Positions 37,575 to 47,366 are shown, numbered from the stretch's first letter. The stretch is 60,838 nt of DNA from a virus (IMGVR_UViG_3300025645_000079:1-60838); one strand, 5' to 3'. Numbers and translations: made by a program. Notes: generated by a model from the sequence alone, not told the origin.

Positions 37575-40500
37575 ATGGCTTACGCTTTACAATTTGATGG
37601 TGTTAATGATTATGTGAGCATCCCACAAATTTCATGCTCAGATGGTTTTAACCTAGAATTCATTTTTGAATATCTAGGTGATACATCTATGATTATAGGT
37701 GCGGGAGGGAATAACTCTTTTTGGATTGGTACGTTAGGTAGTTCTGGGTGGGCTACTAGGTTTGGTGGGAGTAACAAAGGCACTCTAGCAACCTACACGC
37801 CAGCTATGAATGAAATAGTTTCCTTAAAACTATCTAGAGAAAATGGGTCTTCCACTGTTACATTAGATATAAACGGTAATACTGGAACTTTTGCATCTAC
37901 AGCAACATTACTCTTAGAATTATTTTGCAAAAACCAATTTGGTTACTTTGCAAACGTAAACCTAAGAAGTGTTGCAGTTGAAAATAAATCTACTACAACA
38001 AACTACTTTTACGACCCATCTGCAACAAGCGGGGTGGGCACTACCCTTGAAGATACTGGTGCAACGAGTAACGACGGCACTCTTTTTGGTGGTACTTGGG
38101 TTATTTCTCAAGCATTCCCAACAGACTTTACACGACTAGGCTCACTCACAGCACCGTCAGTAACGGGTTCTGCTAGTGACCTACCCACGTTAGTAAAATA
38201 TGAAGACTTTACTTCCACAATGCTTGCTAACCTTGACTCAGGTGGTGGAGATTTACGATTCAGCTCTGACTTAGCAGGAGCGACACAATTAGCTTGTGAA
38301 GTGGTTACATTTACTAAAGCCACTGGTGATGTGGTATGGGTTAAAGTTCCTGCCGTATCTACAGGTGCATTGATTTATGTGTGGGGTGATAACACAGGAG
38401 CTACACAGCCAGCAGTAGGCGCTGCATTTGGTAGGAATGCTGTTTGGGTTGATGTTACACATAAGCAAGGGGGCGACGGTGTAACTGATTCAACAGGATT
38501 ATCTACAAATATAAATTTAATCGCAGGAGCAACGCAAACTGGAACTGTAGGCGGTTTCAATGCTGTAAGTTTTACAAATACATCGGGGCAATGCGCTGCT
38601 TTTTCAGGCTCGGATACAGAATCATACTTAGGGGATTTGACATTTTCTGCTTGGGTTAACGCTACCAGCTTTGTGGGGTCATTCGCTCAGGTTTTAGGTA
38701 TTCGCAGCCAGTCATTATGGGAGGCATCACTAAGGCTTGAAGGCTCACAGCCTGCAATTATTGTTGGAACTAGCAGCCCTAATAGTACTGGCAACCTGAC
38801 GGTTGCTACTGACCAATTGGTTGTTGTTACGATAAGCGGGACGTCAATATCGTTTTACTTGGATGGTAATTCAATAGGCACAGCGTCAGTGGCAGGTACA
38901 AGGGCAAACAGGTCTGAGCTTTTAGCATTTGGCGGCGTAGTGGGGGCAAATGCAGACCTAACCTTAGATGGTAAAATAGCAGAAGCTAGAGCTGTTAACG
39001 GTACAGCAATAACCTCAGACCAAGTAGCTATAGAATACGACAACCAATCCGCAACAGGTGCTTGGTGGACTGCTGCTGACGAAGGTGGCAGTAATAACAT
39101 TTCTTACGCTTTAGCGTTCGATGGTGTTAATGATTATGTAAACCTCTCTACCCCAATACATATGACAGGTGATTTTAAAATCACCTTTAGCTTCATATGG
39201 CCTTCCAGTGGTGCCACAGAGAGGATAATGGGCAAAGGTGGTAGTCGCGGAGCCAGAGAAGGTTTTGGGCCATACGACGCAACCCGCATGTTTTTCAGGC
39301 CGGGGGCAGACACACGGACGGCGTATCTGGATATTCAAGCCACCGCAGGTGATTTAATTGAGGGCACTTTTGAGAGAATTGGTGCTAACAGGATATTAAC
39401 CGTTGGTAGTTTTACAAACTCAATATCTACTACTTACGATGCGTATTTCCAATACATAGGGCAACTTGGGTATTTTAGTAGTACGCTGCGAAGCCTGAGT
39501 ATTGAAGATAACGGGGTATTAATCCACAAATACGACCCATCCGCAACAGGTGGGACAGGGTCAGTTCTCAAAGACACAGTAGGGACCAATGACGGCGCTT
39601 TAGTAAGCTTCCCAACAGACGACAGCCAGTGGGTCGAGTACGATAATCTAGCAGCTAACTTTACACGACTAGGTTCACTAACAGCACCGTCAGTAACGGG
39701 TTTAGCAGCTAATCTACCAACTCTAGTTAAGTTTGAAGACTTCACGTCCACAATGCTTGCTAGCCTTGATGCTGGCGGCGGTGACTTACGATTTAGTAGT
39801 GATGTAGACGGTCTTTACCCCCTAGCCTGTGAAGTAGTAACGTTTACCAAGGCAACAGGGGATGTTGTATGGGTCAAGGTTCCTAGTGTAGCAACAGGTG
39901 CACTAATATATGTATGGGGTGACAATACAGGTGCTAGTCAACCAGCAGTTGATGCTGCTTTTGGTCGTAATGCTGTTTGGGTGAACAGGAAGCAATCTCT
40001 ACACATGAATAATAACCCTGTTGGCTCCATTCTTGATAGTTCAGTGAATGCCTCAGATATGTCTGCAACAGCTATGGCAGCAGGGAATTTAATGGCGGGT
40101 GCTGTAGGGGATGCCTTAGATTTTGACGGCTCCGCAGAATACCTAAGTTCCGCCAAAGTTGACTTTACCTCAACCAGCTATGCTTCGGGTGCTATAGTTA
40201 AATTTGACTCGCTGGGTGGAAGCAGTAGAAACTCAATACTGCAAGCAAGGGCAAGTGCAACGGGTACACCGATATCATACTTAACGGGAACATCTCCTGC
40301 TGACCAATTGAGGTTTTTAGTTAGGGACAATGCAGGTAATTTAGCTAACGCAACATCAGCGGTAGTTCCAACGGTAGGACAATATTATTGGGTTGTAGGG
40401 GTTAGGACTGGTGATAACATTGAGTTGTTTGTAGATGGTGTTTCGGTAGCAACAGCCACGGCAACACTTGGGACACTAGGGGTTGATACCGCATTTGTTG

Positions 40501-41414
40501 GGGTAGATGATTCTGTTGGCAGTAAAGGTGCCTTTTTCGACGGTATCATAGACGAAGTATCTTTATATGACTACGCACCAACATCAGACCAGCTATCAAT
40601 AGAATATGACAACCAATCTGCAACAGGTGCATGGTGGACTGCTGCTGACGAAGGTGGTGGCGGGGGTGGAGCAGATACTTATTCATTCTCAGTAATTATG
40701 AGTAGCCTAACTGACACTTCTTGTGCAATAAACAAGCTCAGTAGCGAAAGTGTTGATCTGGGTATCAGTTCACGTATAGCAGCTACAGTTAGTAAAATGG
40801 CTAGTGCGGCTGGTTACGTCGACGGTTCTATAGATCAGGCTAGCGCGGTTAATAAAACTGCTAGCTATTCTGGAACTATGGGTCTATCCGCAACTATTTC
40901 AGGGCTATTCACTAGCACTGAGGGAGCTGCCGAGGTTTTCATTTTTAATGGCTCTATGGGGCTTGATGCGGGTTCATACGCGCAGCACAAAAAGTTAGGG
41001 AGATTAGACAGTTATACGTTTTTATCTGTTTCCAATTCTGGAATACACACTAAGACAGCCCATAACATAGCGACTGTTAATAATCTGGGTATTGGGGCTA
41101 CAGTACAGTACGGAAAATACTCTTCAATTTCTAGTGCCCTGCACTTACGCGTAGACGACATAACATCTTTTACAAAACTCACTGATAATGCAGCCACACT
41201 ATCATGGGCACTCGCAGTGTCAGGCAGCGTGTTCAACGAGGATAACGTGGTCAACGCATACAGTATGCGCATAGAGGGCACTTCAGTCGCCTCACTTGTA
41301 AAGTTTGGAGTGGGGGATGGCTACTTCGACGGGATGGCATTAAAGGTAATTAAGAGATTCGACGGTACTGTATTTGGTATAAATAAGCGATTTGATGGGG
41401 GATTCAAACAATGA
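37575..41414 (+). CDS. LamG/concanavalin-like plus DUF2341-like protein with internal tandem duplication (putative virion adhesin)
   Basis: 'ALQFDGVNDYV' twice; 'GGDLRFSSD...VWVKVP...IYVWGDN' twice; LamG 'FYLDG'/'LFVDG...FDGIIDEV'. Confidence 0.78.
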   Translation: MAYALQFDGVNDYVSIPQISCSDGFNLEFIFEYLGDTSMIIGAGGNNSFWIGTLGSSGWATRFGGSNKGTLATYTPAMNEIVSLKLSRENGSSTVTLDINGNTGTFASTATLLLELFCKNQFGYFANVNLRSVAVENKSTTTNYFYDPSATSGVGTTLEDTGATSNDGTLFGGTWVISQAFPTDFTRLGSLTAPSVTGSASDLPTLVKYEDFTSTMLANLDSGGGDLRFSSDLAGATQLACEVVTFTKATGDVVWVKVPAVSTGALIYVWGDNTGATQPAVGAAFGRNAVWVDVTHKQGGDGVTDSTGLSTNINLIAGATQTGTVGGFNAVSFTNTSGQCAAFSGSDTESYLGDLTFSAWVNATSFVGSFAQVLGIRSQSLWEASLRLEGSQPAIIVGTSSPNSTGNLTVATDQLVVVTISGTSISFYLDGNSIGTASVAGTRANRSELLAFGGVVGANADLTLDGKIAEARAVNGTAITSDQVAIEYDNQSATGAWWTAADEGGSNNISYALAFDGVNDYVNLSTPIHMTGDFKITFSFIWPSSGATERIMGKGGSRGAREGFGPYDATRMFFRPGADTRTAYLDIQATAGDLIEGTFERIGANRILTVGSFTNSISTTYDAYFQYIGQLGYFSSTLRSLSIEDNGVLIHKYDPSATGGTGSVLKDTVGTNDGALVSFPTDDSQWVEYDNLAANFTRLGSLTAPSVTGLAANLPTLVKFEDFTSTMLASLDAGGGDLRFSSDVDGLYPLACEVVTFTKATGDVVWVKVPSVATGALIYVWGDNTGASQPAVDAAFGRNAVWVNRKQSLHMNNNPVGSILDSSVNASDMSATAMAAGNLMAGAVGDALDFDGSAEYLSSAKVDFTSTSYASGAIVKFDSLGGSSRNSILQARASATGTPISYLTGTSPADQLRFLVRDNAGNLANATSAVVPTVGQYYWVVGVRTGDNIELFVDGVSVATATATLGTLGVDTAFVGVDDSVGSKGAFFDGIIDEVSLYDYAPTSDQLSIEYDNQSATGAWWTAADEGGGGGGADTYSFSVIMSSLTDTSCAINKLSSESVDLGISSRIAATVSKMASAAGYVDGSIDQASAVNKTASYSGTMGLSATISGLFTSTEGAAEVFIFNGSMGLDAGSYAQHKKLGRLDSYTFLSVSNSGIHTKTAHNIATVNNLGIGATVQYGKYSSISSALHLRVDDITSFTKLTDNAATLSWALAVSGSVFNEDNVVNAYSMRIEGTSVASLVKFGVGDGYFDGMALKVIKRFDGTVFGINKRFDGGFKQ
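38125..39982. repeat. ~325-bp imperfect direct repeat (38125-38449 and 39658-39982, offset 1533 bp)
   Basis: Both copies begin ACTTTACACGACTAGG and end AATGCTGTTTGGGT. Confidence 0.9.
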
Positions 41415-41740
41415 GAGATTTACTTTCACAACACAGCGATAACAAATTCAGAACATCTATAACTGACGCTGCGGGCGCAATTGCCTCATCGTCATTGTTT
41501 ACAAACGCTGAATATCTCATAGCACGTTCACACGGTGAGATACTCCTGCGACTGACGCTGGGGAACGGCATCGAGCGCGATGGTGATGATTTTGTCACAA
41601 CTATTGATGATAGTCAGATAACCTTTAGGGGTAATTTTACTCATCAATTTGTCGTTTATGACGCCGCGGGGAATAAACTCCCTCCGGTATTTAATAACCC
41701 ACTAACAATAACACAAACCTTAATTCAGGAGATAACATAA
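41411..41740 (+). CDS. hypothetical structural protein (possibly BppU-N-like)
   Basis: Overlapping ATGA start; beta-rich. Confidence 0.6.
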   Translation: MRDLLSQHSDNKFRTSITDAAGAIASSSLFTNAEYLIARSHGEILLRLTLGNGIERDGDDFVTTIDDSQITFRGNFTHQFVVYDAAGNKLPPVFNNPLTITQTLIQEIT

Positions 41741-42084
41741 TGGCACTAACAGATACAGCAAAACAGGAAGCCCTGAACGGTATAGTAATAGATGAGATCA
41801 AACTTCACAGTGCAGATCCAACCGCCGCCGGATCAGTAGGCCTTATTGCAGGAACACAAACAACAGTTGCATACTCTAGTGCTTCAGCAGGGACGCGTAG
41901 TTTGTCAACTACATACGCTATACCCATCGCTTTAGCCGGTCAAGTAGTAAGCCATTTCAGCCTATGGGGAGCAGGTACTCTTAAAGCGTACAAAGTTTTT
42001 GATAGTGCTGCCGAGACATACGCTAACGCTAATGGTACAGCTAATGTCACATCTGCTGACATAACGTTATCTGACGTAGTTTAG
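41740..42084 (+). CDS. small tail-fibre-like structural protein
   Basis: 'KLHSADP...VSHFSLW' pattern of small phage tail proteins; AGGAG RBS. Confidence 0.6.
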   Translation: MALTDTAKQEALNGIVIDEIKLHSADPTAAGSVGLIAGTQTTVAYSSASAGTRSLSTTYAIPIALAGQVVSHFSLWGAGTLKAYKVFDSAAETYANANGTANVTSADITLSDVV

Positions 42085-42147
42085 CACCTCTTAATTAGTG
42101 GTTTTTGTGGGGTGGGTCATTTGACCCACTAGTGACCCACCTACATT

Positions 42148-42180
42148 TAAATGCCCGGATCAGTTTCGGGCATTTTTGTT
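42148..42180 (+). terminator. intrinsic terminator ending the late operon
   Basis: AAATGCCCG-gatcagttt-CGGGCATTT followed by TTGTTT. Confidence 0.7.
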
Positions 42181-42326
42181 TGTGTCCCACTCCTGACCCA
42201 CCTATTTTTACTGGTTTACACAGAATTATACTGAAAAGTACTGTTTGACCCACTTTGACCCTCAAATATACTTATGGGTGTTTTTATTAGTACGACTGTT
42301 ACTGTATGATTTGTAACGATTTTATT

Positions 42327-42375
42327 TGGTATCCCCACCTGGAATCGAACCAAGATCTAAGCCTTAGGAGGGCTT
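42327..42375 (-). mobile_element. attP core: 3' half of tRNA-Arg(CCT), not a complete tRNA
   Basis: - strand reads AAGCC-CTCCTAA-GGCTT AGAT CTTGG-TTCGATT-CCAGG TGGGGAT A CCA (anticodon arm, T arm, acceptor 3' strand, CCA); no D arm or 5' acceptor strand; 125 bp from the integrase start. Confidence 0.88.
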
Positions 42376-42500
42376 ACGGGTACATTTTAAGTGATTGTTT
42401 TAAAAGGGATTTGTTGTAGGCCCAAATGCTTTGACCCACTGTTGACCCACCTAGTAAAAATCTGTAGGATCGAGATCCCCTTTTTAACAGTAGATAAGTC

Positions 42501-43583
42501 ATGGCCAGAATAAGAAAGCGCGGCGAGACGTACACGGTTGAAATTCGCAAGGGTAAATACAAGTATTCGCCGCTTGTGCGGTCATTCAAAAAGAAGACTG
42601 TAGCGGAATCTTGGGCTAAAAAAGTTGAGTTGGCAATGGACTCGGGCGAATTTATCGATCTTCGCACAGCAAAAGGGTATTTGCTAGCAGATTTAATCGA
42701 CCGCTACGTGGATGAAATCGTCCCGACAAAAGCGGCCTCCACAATAGTAAGCGACACGATGCGCTTAACCCGTATAAAAACAGAGGTGGGCAAGGTTACG
42801 CTGGCGGCTGCCGACCTGCACTATTTCTACGCCTATTTCACTGGCATGTTAAAGAACAAGGTGCAGCGCAGCAAAGAGGGCAAGCTGTGGTCAACAGGTT
42901 ACGTGCAGAAAAACATCAAAGACTTGATTAATGTGTTCCGAGTGTCCGAACGGTTATGGGGTATTACCCTGCCAGATGGAAATGCCCCGCGCGAGGCCAT
43001 GCACCGAATGTCAGAAGCAGGATTGTTAGCGGGGGCAAATGTCGAACGGACATCTCGTTTGAGGGATGGCGAGTACGAAGCAATTCGCCGGTGCAAGTGC
43101 GAGGGTGGCCAAGTATTTCACCAGATGGCGGTGCTGCTGTTCATCGAAACTGGTATGAGGCGATCGGAGTTGTTCGGCATGAAGAAAAGCCTTATCGATT
43201 ACAAGAACAGGGTCTACAAGCTGGACAAGCAAAAGACGGATAAGACCAGAACAAGGCAGAGAACGGGTCGAGATGTGCCACTCACTATTAGAGCGGCGGC
43301 TATCCTAAAGATTGTGTCGCGCATGAGTGATGATGGCGACAAATTGTGGCCATGGTCACATGTTGATACGATCAACCAAGGCACTAAATACTTGTTCAAG
43401 CGGCTAGGCATAAAAGATATTAGCCCACATGACTTGCGGCACGAGTTTGGCAGTTACCACTCAGACAGTGGCATGGATATTCGTTTGGTTGGCGCGGCCA
43501 TGGGACATGCAGACCTCAAATCAACTAAGAGGTACACGCATCCCGATGCCCGTAAGATTGCTAATATGTTTACGCGGCGTTAA
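42501..43583 (+). CDS. int: tyrosine recombinase/integrase
   Basis: N-terminal arm-binding 'MARIRKRG..Y.VEIRK'; catalytic 'ETGMRRSEL', 'HDLRH', 'MGH.DLKSTKRY'. Confidence 0.95.
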   Translation: MARIRKRGETYTVEIRKGKYKYSPLVRSFKKKTVAESWAKKVELAMDSGEFIDLRTAKGYLLADLIDRYVDEIVPTKAASTIVSDTMRLTRIKTEVGKVTLAAADLHYFYAYFTGMLKNKVQRSKEGKLWSTGYVQKNIKDLINVFRVSERLWGITLPDGNAPREAMHRMSEAGLLAGANVERTSRLRDGEYEAIRRCKCEGGQVFHQMAVLLFIETGMRRSELFGMKKSLIDYKNRVYKLDKQKTDKTRTRQRTGRDVPLTIRAAAILKIVSRMSDDGDKLWPWSHVDTINQGTKYLFKRLGIKDISPHDLRHEFGSYHSDSGMDIRLVGAAMGHADLKSTKRYTHPDARKIANMFTRR

Positions 43584-43800
43584 AAACAACCCTCGCATTT
43601 GACAGGTAAACGGCTACATCATACGCGAGTGCGACCCATTTACCTCCTATTTTTGCCACGGGGATCTGAAACGTTTCCCGTGATATTGCCTGCTGTATTG
43701 TAGTTTTTTTAACACCCAGTACCTCAGCTAAATTTTCCGTAGATAATACGGCACCATACTTCTCTGCTAGCGCATCTGCGGTAAATTTTACTTCTTGCAT
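43570..43800 (-). CDS. excisionase-like/PrtN-like HTH DNA-binding protein
   Basis: 'LSTENLAEVLGVKKTTI...FQIPVAKIGGKW...DVAVYL'; convergent with and overlapping int. Confidence 0.75.
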   Translation of the reverse strand: MQEVKFTADALAEKYGAVLSTENLAEVLGVKKTTIQQAISRETFQIPVAKIGGKWVALAYDVAVYLSNARVVFNAA

Positions 43801-43803
43801 TGA

Positions 43804-44289
43804 CTAGTGACTCCTCAGTCTCATTTCATTACTATTTATGCCATCGTCGCCACGCTCTGTTCCGGGCAACGTGTCAACTAGGTCTAGTGGTATCCAAGAA
43901 AGGTAGGGTTGTAGGATCATCTGAGCAACTTTATCCCCTTTACGCAGTTCAACAGTTTTGTCGCCTGTGTTTAGCAGCGAAATCATTACTTCGCCACGGT
44001 AGTCAGCGTCGACCACGCCAGCTAACACATCTAGCCCGTGTTTTGCCGCTAGCTTGCTGCGCGGCCAAATAAGTCCAACAAGACCTGGAGGGATGGCCAT
44101 GGATAGACCTGTTTTTAACAGTGCTCTTTTTCCTGCGGGTATGTCAACGCTGTCGACCGTGCAGAGATCTAAACCTGCCGCATCTTCCGACCCTAGTGAG
44201 GGCGTTCGGGCGTCAGGGTGTACTTTCTTAATTCTAAGGCGCGGTGGTTGAAAGGCTTCGGTGTCCATAATGGATTCTTTGCTACTCAT
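43804..44289 (-). CDS. dut: trimeric dUTPase
   Basis: 'AAGLDL', 'PRSKLA', 'GVVDADYRGE', 'KVAQM', 'RGDDG.NS' motifs. Confidence 0.95.
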   Translation of the reverse strand: MSSKESIMDTEAFQPPRLRIKKVHPDARTPSLGSEDAAGLDLCTVDSVDIPAGKRALLKTGLSMAIPPGLVGLIWPRSKLAAKHGLDVLAGVVDADYRGEVMISLLNTGDKTVELRKGDKVAQMILQPYLSWIPLDLVDTLPGTERGDDGINSNEMRLRSH

Positions 44290-44341
44290 ACTTATATACC
44301 TAATAGTAGTTACTGTTAATTGATCGCAAAAATAAAGGCTC

Positions 44342-44749
44342 CTAGGAGCCAAACATCACATCATGCGCGAGGGGTTTCATTATCTTGTGCTCTTTAGCAT
44401 ACTCTCTCAACATGGAGTAGTCGCCGCTGGCAGCGTATAGCGTACCGACAAGTAGAGACCAAGCATCTTCTTCAAACTCGTCGCGCATTATTGATATTCT
44501 TCGAACTAGTATGTCTCGAAGCGCATCATGCAGTGTTGCAGGCTCAAAAACTAATACGTCTGAAACATACCAATCTATTTTAGCTCTTTCTACTTCAGAG
44601 GTATCCTTGAGCCCTTCTCGCCAAATATATTTGAATGCGTTACCACATCCAAAATCTAGATGTCTTGAAAACTCTATGCACTGAACAGATCTACTTTTAT
44701 AGTGTTTCGGGTTTCTTTTTTCTTCTAGCGTATTATTTGCTGGTGTCAC
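44342..44749 (-). CDS. DUF3310-like protein
   Basis: 'NPKHY...QCIE...GNAFKYIWR.GLK...KIDWY'. Confidence 0.75.
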   Translation of the reverse strand: MTPANNTLEEKRNPKHYKSRSVQCIEFSRHLDFGCGNAFKYIWREGLKDTSEVERAKIDWYVSDVLVFEPATLHDALRDILVRRISIMRDEFEEDAWSLLVGTLYAASGDYSMLREYAKEHKIMKPLAHDVMFGS

Positions 44750-44785
44750 AGTGTTCCCTTATTTAAAGTCCAGCAATATCGCCGA

Positions 44786-45412
44786 CTACTTCTTAAATAC
44801 CGCACCTTTTGATTCGGGGGGAATAACAGATATTATCGCGTCGATGTCGTCATTAACGTCGACTAAGTAATTTCTACCTCCGAACCAATGCGGCTCTTGC
44901 AGCTCCCATCCGTCCTCTGACAGATGTACACTTCCATAAACCGAGGGTTTCCCTGCTCTTTTATAAATTACGGTGTCTTCCTCACCGATACTTCGCTCTG
45001 GGTCCATCACTAAGAGCGATCCTCTTTTAAAAATATGGTTCGAGTAGTCAACTCTTACTAGGTAACATCCGCAATGCGGAACTAGTGATTTTACTGCTAC
45101 AAAATCATTCTTTAATGGTTTGCCAGAGAGTGTCTGTTTGACCTCTAGCGTAACTGTACGTAAATCTTGCGAAGGTATTTCACCTTCTATACCAAACTCT
45201 GTTAAAGGTGTTCGCGTTAGTTGCGCAAACTTACTGATAAATTGCTCGTTTAAGGGAATTGCACCCCTCAAGTATTGGCTATATGCCGATTGATTCATGC
45301 CCATCGCTGCGGCAGCATTTGCTTGACTCGACTGCGATGTTTCTTTGTGCGAGTTCCATACGCTGTTTACTTTGCTTAAAACTTCATTACTAAAATTTGC
45401 CATAATATACAC
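44786..45412 (-). CDS. XRE/CI-like transcriptional regulator (HTH plus S24-like C-terminal fold)
   Basis: 'SQANAAAAMGMNQSAYSQYLRGAIPLN' HTH; 'YLVRV...GSLLVMDP' C-terminal domain; start may be 45403. Confidence 0.78.
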   Translation of the reverse strand: MYIMANFSNEVLSKVNSVWNSHKETSQSSQANAAAAMGMNQSAYSQYLRGAIPLNEQFISKFAQLTRTPLTEFGIEGEIPSQDLRTVTLEVKQTLSGKPLKNDFVAVKSLVPHCGCYLVRVDYSNHIFKRGSLLVMDPERSIGEEDTVIYKRAGKPSVYGSVHLSEDGWELQEPHWFGGRNYLVDVNDDIDAIISVIPPESKGAVFKK

Positions 45413-45611
45413 CCCGATGTTTAAATCTTCTTCCGTTGAAGATTCCTGTTTGAGGAATATATCAGTAAAAACTAACCGTTACTATGTATTTTAAGCGTTT
45501 AGCGTGTATTTACCTGTAGATAACTGTTTTATAGGGTGTTTAAAGGCTTTTTTGTCTACTCAAACTAGCCCACTTTGTGACAGTATAACAAACTAGGAAT
45601 TATTCCTACTA

Positions 45612-46034
45612 TTATTTAATATAAAAACCCATTTTTACTACTATTTTTTTGTAGTTTAATGCATTTTCTATGAAGTAGTTTTTGCTCACACCTTGCTGCC
45701 ACTGTTTTGGGTCGAATAATATAACTGACTTAACGCCCTCATTGGTTCTTAACTCTTCACACCCGATAACAACACAAACACGCTCGTCGGCATCCTGTGC
45801 CTCCATTAGCCACATAAGCTGTAGGGCGGACAGGTTGGGCACTATTAACGTTGACTCGCGTTTGGGTAGAGCTTTTATTAATTTATGTTCAGACCACATC
45901 GGTGGGACGGCTCCTGTCTTGTCTCGGTAGAAACAATCGGGTACGCCACCTTCAAAACTATCGTTTATCTTCCAGCACCTAACATGCCTCGGGAGGTGTT
46001 TGTTGAGGGCTTTGGTGTAGGCTGCTTCGATCAT
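45612..46034 (-). CDS. VRR-NUC-like PD-(D/E)XK nuclease (possible Holliday junction resolvase)
   Basis: 'GGVPD', 'WSEHK', 'LSALQ..W'; start at MIEAAY after a GGAGAG RBS. Confidence 0.72.
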   Translation of the reverse strand: MIEAAYTKALNKHLPRHVRCWKINDSFEGGVPDCFYRDKTGAVPPMWSEHKLIKALPKRESTLIVPNLSALQLMWLMEAQDADERVCVVIGCEELRTNEGVKSVILFDPKQWQQGVSKNYFIENALNYKKIVVKMGFYIK

Positions 46035-46058
46035 GTTACTCTCCCAAAATTTAGGCAT

Positions 46059-46086
46059 AAAAAAGACCGCCTATAAAGGCGGTCGA
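46059..46086 (-). terminator. intrinsic terminator
   Basis: GACCGCC-tttata-GGCGGTC followed by TTTTTT on the - strand. Confidence 0.75.
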
Positions 46087-46106
46087 AAGTATTGCAGGAC
46101 TTCTTT

Positions 46107-46811
46107 TTACGCGGCTTTGGCTTCTTTGTTACCGAAGAAAGCATTGTAGGCTGCTTGAGCCTTGCCGTACATTTCGTCAGGCGCTACAGCTACCAAGTCG
46201 ATGGCGTAGTTGAAGAAGTTACCCGAGCTATTAGACTGCGAGATTACTTTTAACTGCCATACACAACCGTAACGTGGGTTGCCGAGGTCTTCCTGCTCTT
46301 GGATTTTGGTGTTCCAAATCTTAGAGATTTTCACCTTAGTTCCGGGCATGTCGAGTAGGGCGGTCGCTTTTGGCTCGCCGTCGTCGTTAAGAAGCAACAC
46401 AAGATGCGTTGGATTCTCAGAGACATCGTAGTCAGCTTGGTTTAAGCCTTGGTCAGCTAGTGATGCTAAAGCTTCTGCTTCGGTATCGTACTGGCCTTCC
46501 ATTCCGCCGCCTTGTTTGCGCTTTTTCCACACGACCGTTTTACGGGTAAAGTTGAGGTTGATGAGGAATACCGATGTAAACAACTCGTTGTTCACGGAAT
46601 TCATGATCATGCCTGCTTGCGCACCTTGTACTTGTTCGGGCCCACCGGGCTGAACTTCAGGGTTTATCATTTGCAGTAATTTTAAGCGGGGGATTGCCAT
46701 GTCATTGGCAGTAACAGAAGCGGAGCCTTGCCCTACATTTTCAGCGCGGGTCGCAACAGTGGTTTTTCCATCAAAAATGGCGGGGACAGATAATTCATTT
46801 TTCTTGGTCAT
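46107..46811 (-). CDS. putative ssDNA-binding/replication accessory protein
   Basis: 'AIPRLKLLQ..NPEV' family typical of phage PolA replication modules; biased codon use. Confidence 0.5.
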   Translation of the reverse strand: MTKKNELSVPAIFDGKTTVATRAENVGQGSASVTANDMAIPRLKLLQMINPEVQPGGPEQVQGAQAGMIMNSVNNELFTSVFLINLNFTRKTVVWKKRKQGGGMEGQYDTEAEALASLADQGLNQADYDVSENPTHLVLLLNDDGEPKATALLDMPGTKVKISKIWNTKIQEQEDLGNPRYGCVWQLKVISQSNSSGNFFNYAIDLVAVAPDEMYGKAQAAYNAFFGNKEAKAA

Positions 46812-46848
46812 GCATTTCTCACTATAAGTTAATGTGTCATTAGTTAGT

Positions 46849-46877
46849 AAAAACCACTCAGTAAAGAGTGGTTTTTG
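46849..46877. terminator. bidirectional terminator-like hairpin
   Basis: AAAAACCACTC-agtaaa-GAGTGGTTTTT. Confidence 0.65.
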
Positions 46878-46963
46878 TCGTACTCACCCATAACAGTGAC
46901 AAGCCGTTACGAGGTACTATATTAGCATTACTGCTAACATAAGATAGTAGTTCACTGTTATCT

Positions 46964-47365
46964 TTAGGCAGCTTTAGATGCCACAGAATCAGCGCGAACA
47001 TTTAGTTTTCTAACGGTTACAGGCTCTAGCCCAGGAATTGAAATACCCGCTGCCAGCGCGTCCCTAAACGGCGCTCCGTTCACTTTGCGTTGGAATAGAT
47101 AGAAGGCATCTGTTTCTTTTACATACGCGTACAGTGCGTCCCAGTCGGTCACTACGGGCTGTATCTCTTCTTTCATAGATACGGTGCCTATGCCCGCAAA
47201 CTTGGCGGCTTCACCTACTTCTAGCTCCGCCTTGAGATTGTTCTCAATTGTCAGTTTTACCGCTTTTAAATCTTTGAGTCTTCCGGCTTCAATTTGGGAT
47301 ATTTCAGCACGAACGGCAAAGAGCCGATTAATCAGCTCCTTACGGTCTATCTTTATTTCATCCAT
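46964..47365 (-). CDS. conserved phage hypothetical protein
   Basis: 'GTVS...V.DWDALYAYV...LFQRKV...IPGL' pattern. Confidence 0.7.
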   Translation of the reverse strand: MDEIKIDRKELINRLFAVRAEISQIEAGRLKDLKAVKLTIENNLKAELEVGEAAKFAGIGTVSMKEEIQPVVTDWDALYAYVKETDAFYLFQRKVNGAPFRDALAAGISIPGLEPVTVRKLNVRADSVASKAA

Positions 47366-47366
47366 A

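Larger units (their letters stand above)
42111..42452. repeat. TGACCCAC arm-type integrase-binding repeats, in pairs ~11 bp apart on both sides of the att core
   Basis: Copies near 42111 (inverted), 42122, 42133, 42183 (TGTCCCAC), 42194, 42246, 42257 (partial), 42432, 42443. Confidence 0.8.

Noticed and set aside
37575-41414. Diversity-generating retroelement TR/VR pair
   Set aside because: No reverse transcriptase in the window; repeat differences are mostly synonymous, not adenine-specific
42327-42400. Complete tRNA-Arg gene
   Set aside because: D arm and 5' acceptor strand are absent; interpreted as attP core
42374-42667. 97-aa - strand ORF over attP and the int start
   Set aside because: Antisense to the integrase and overlapping arm sites; no motif
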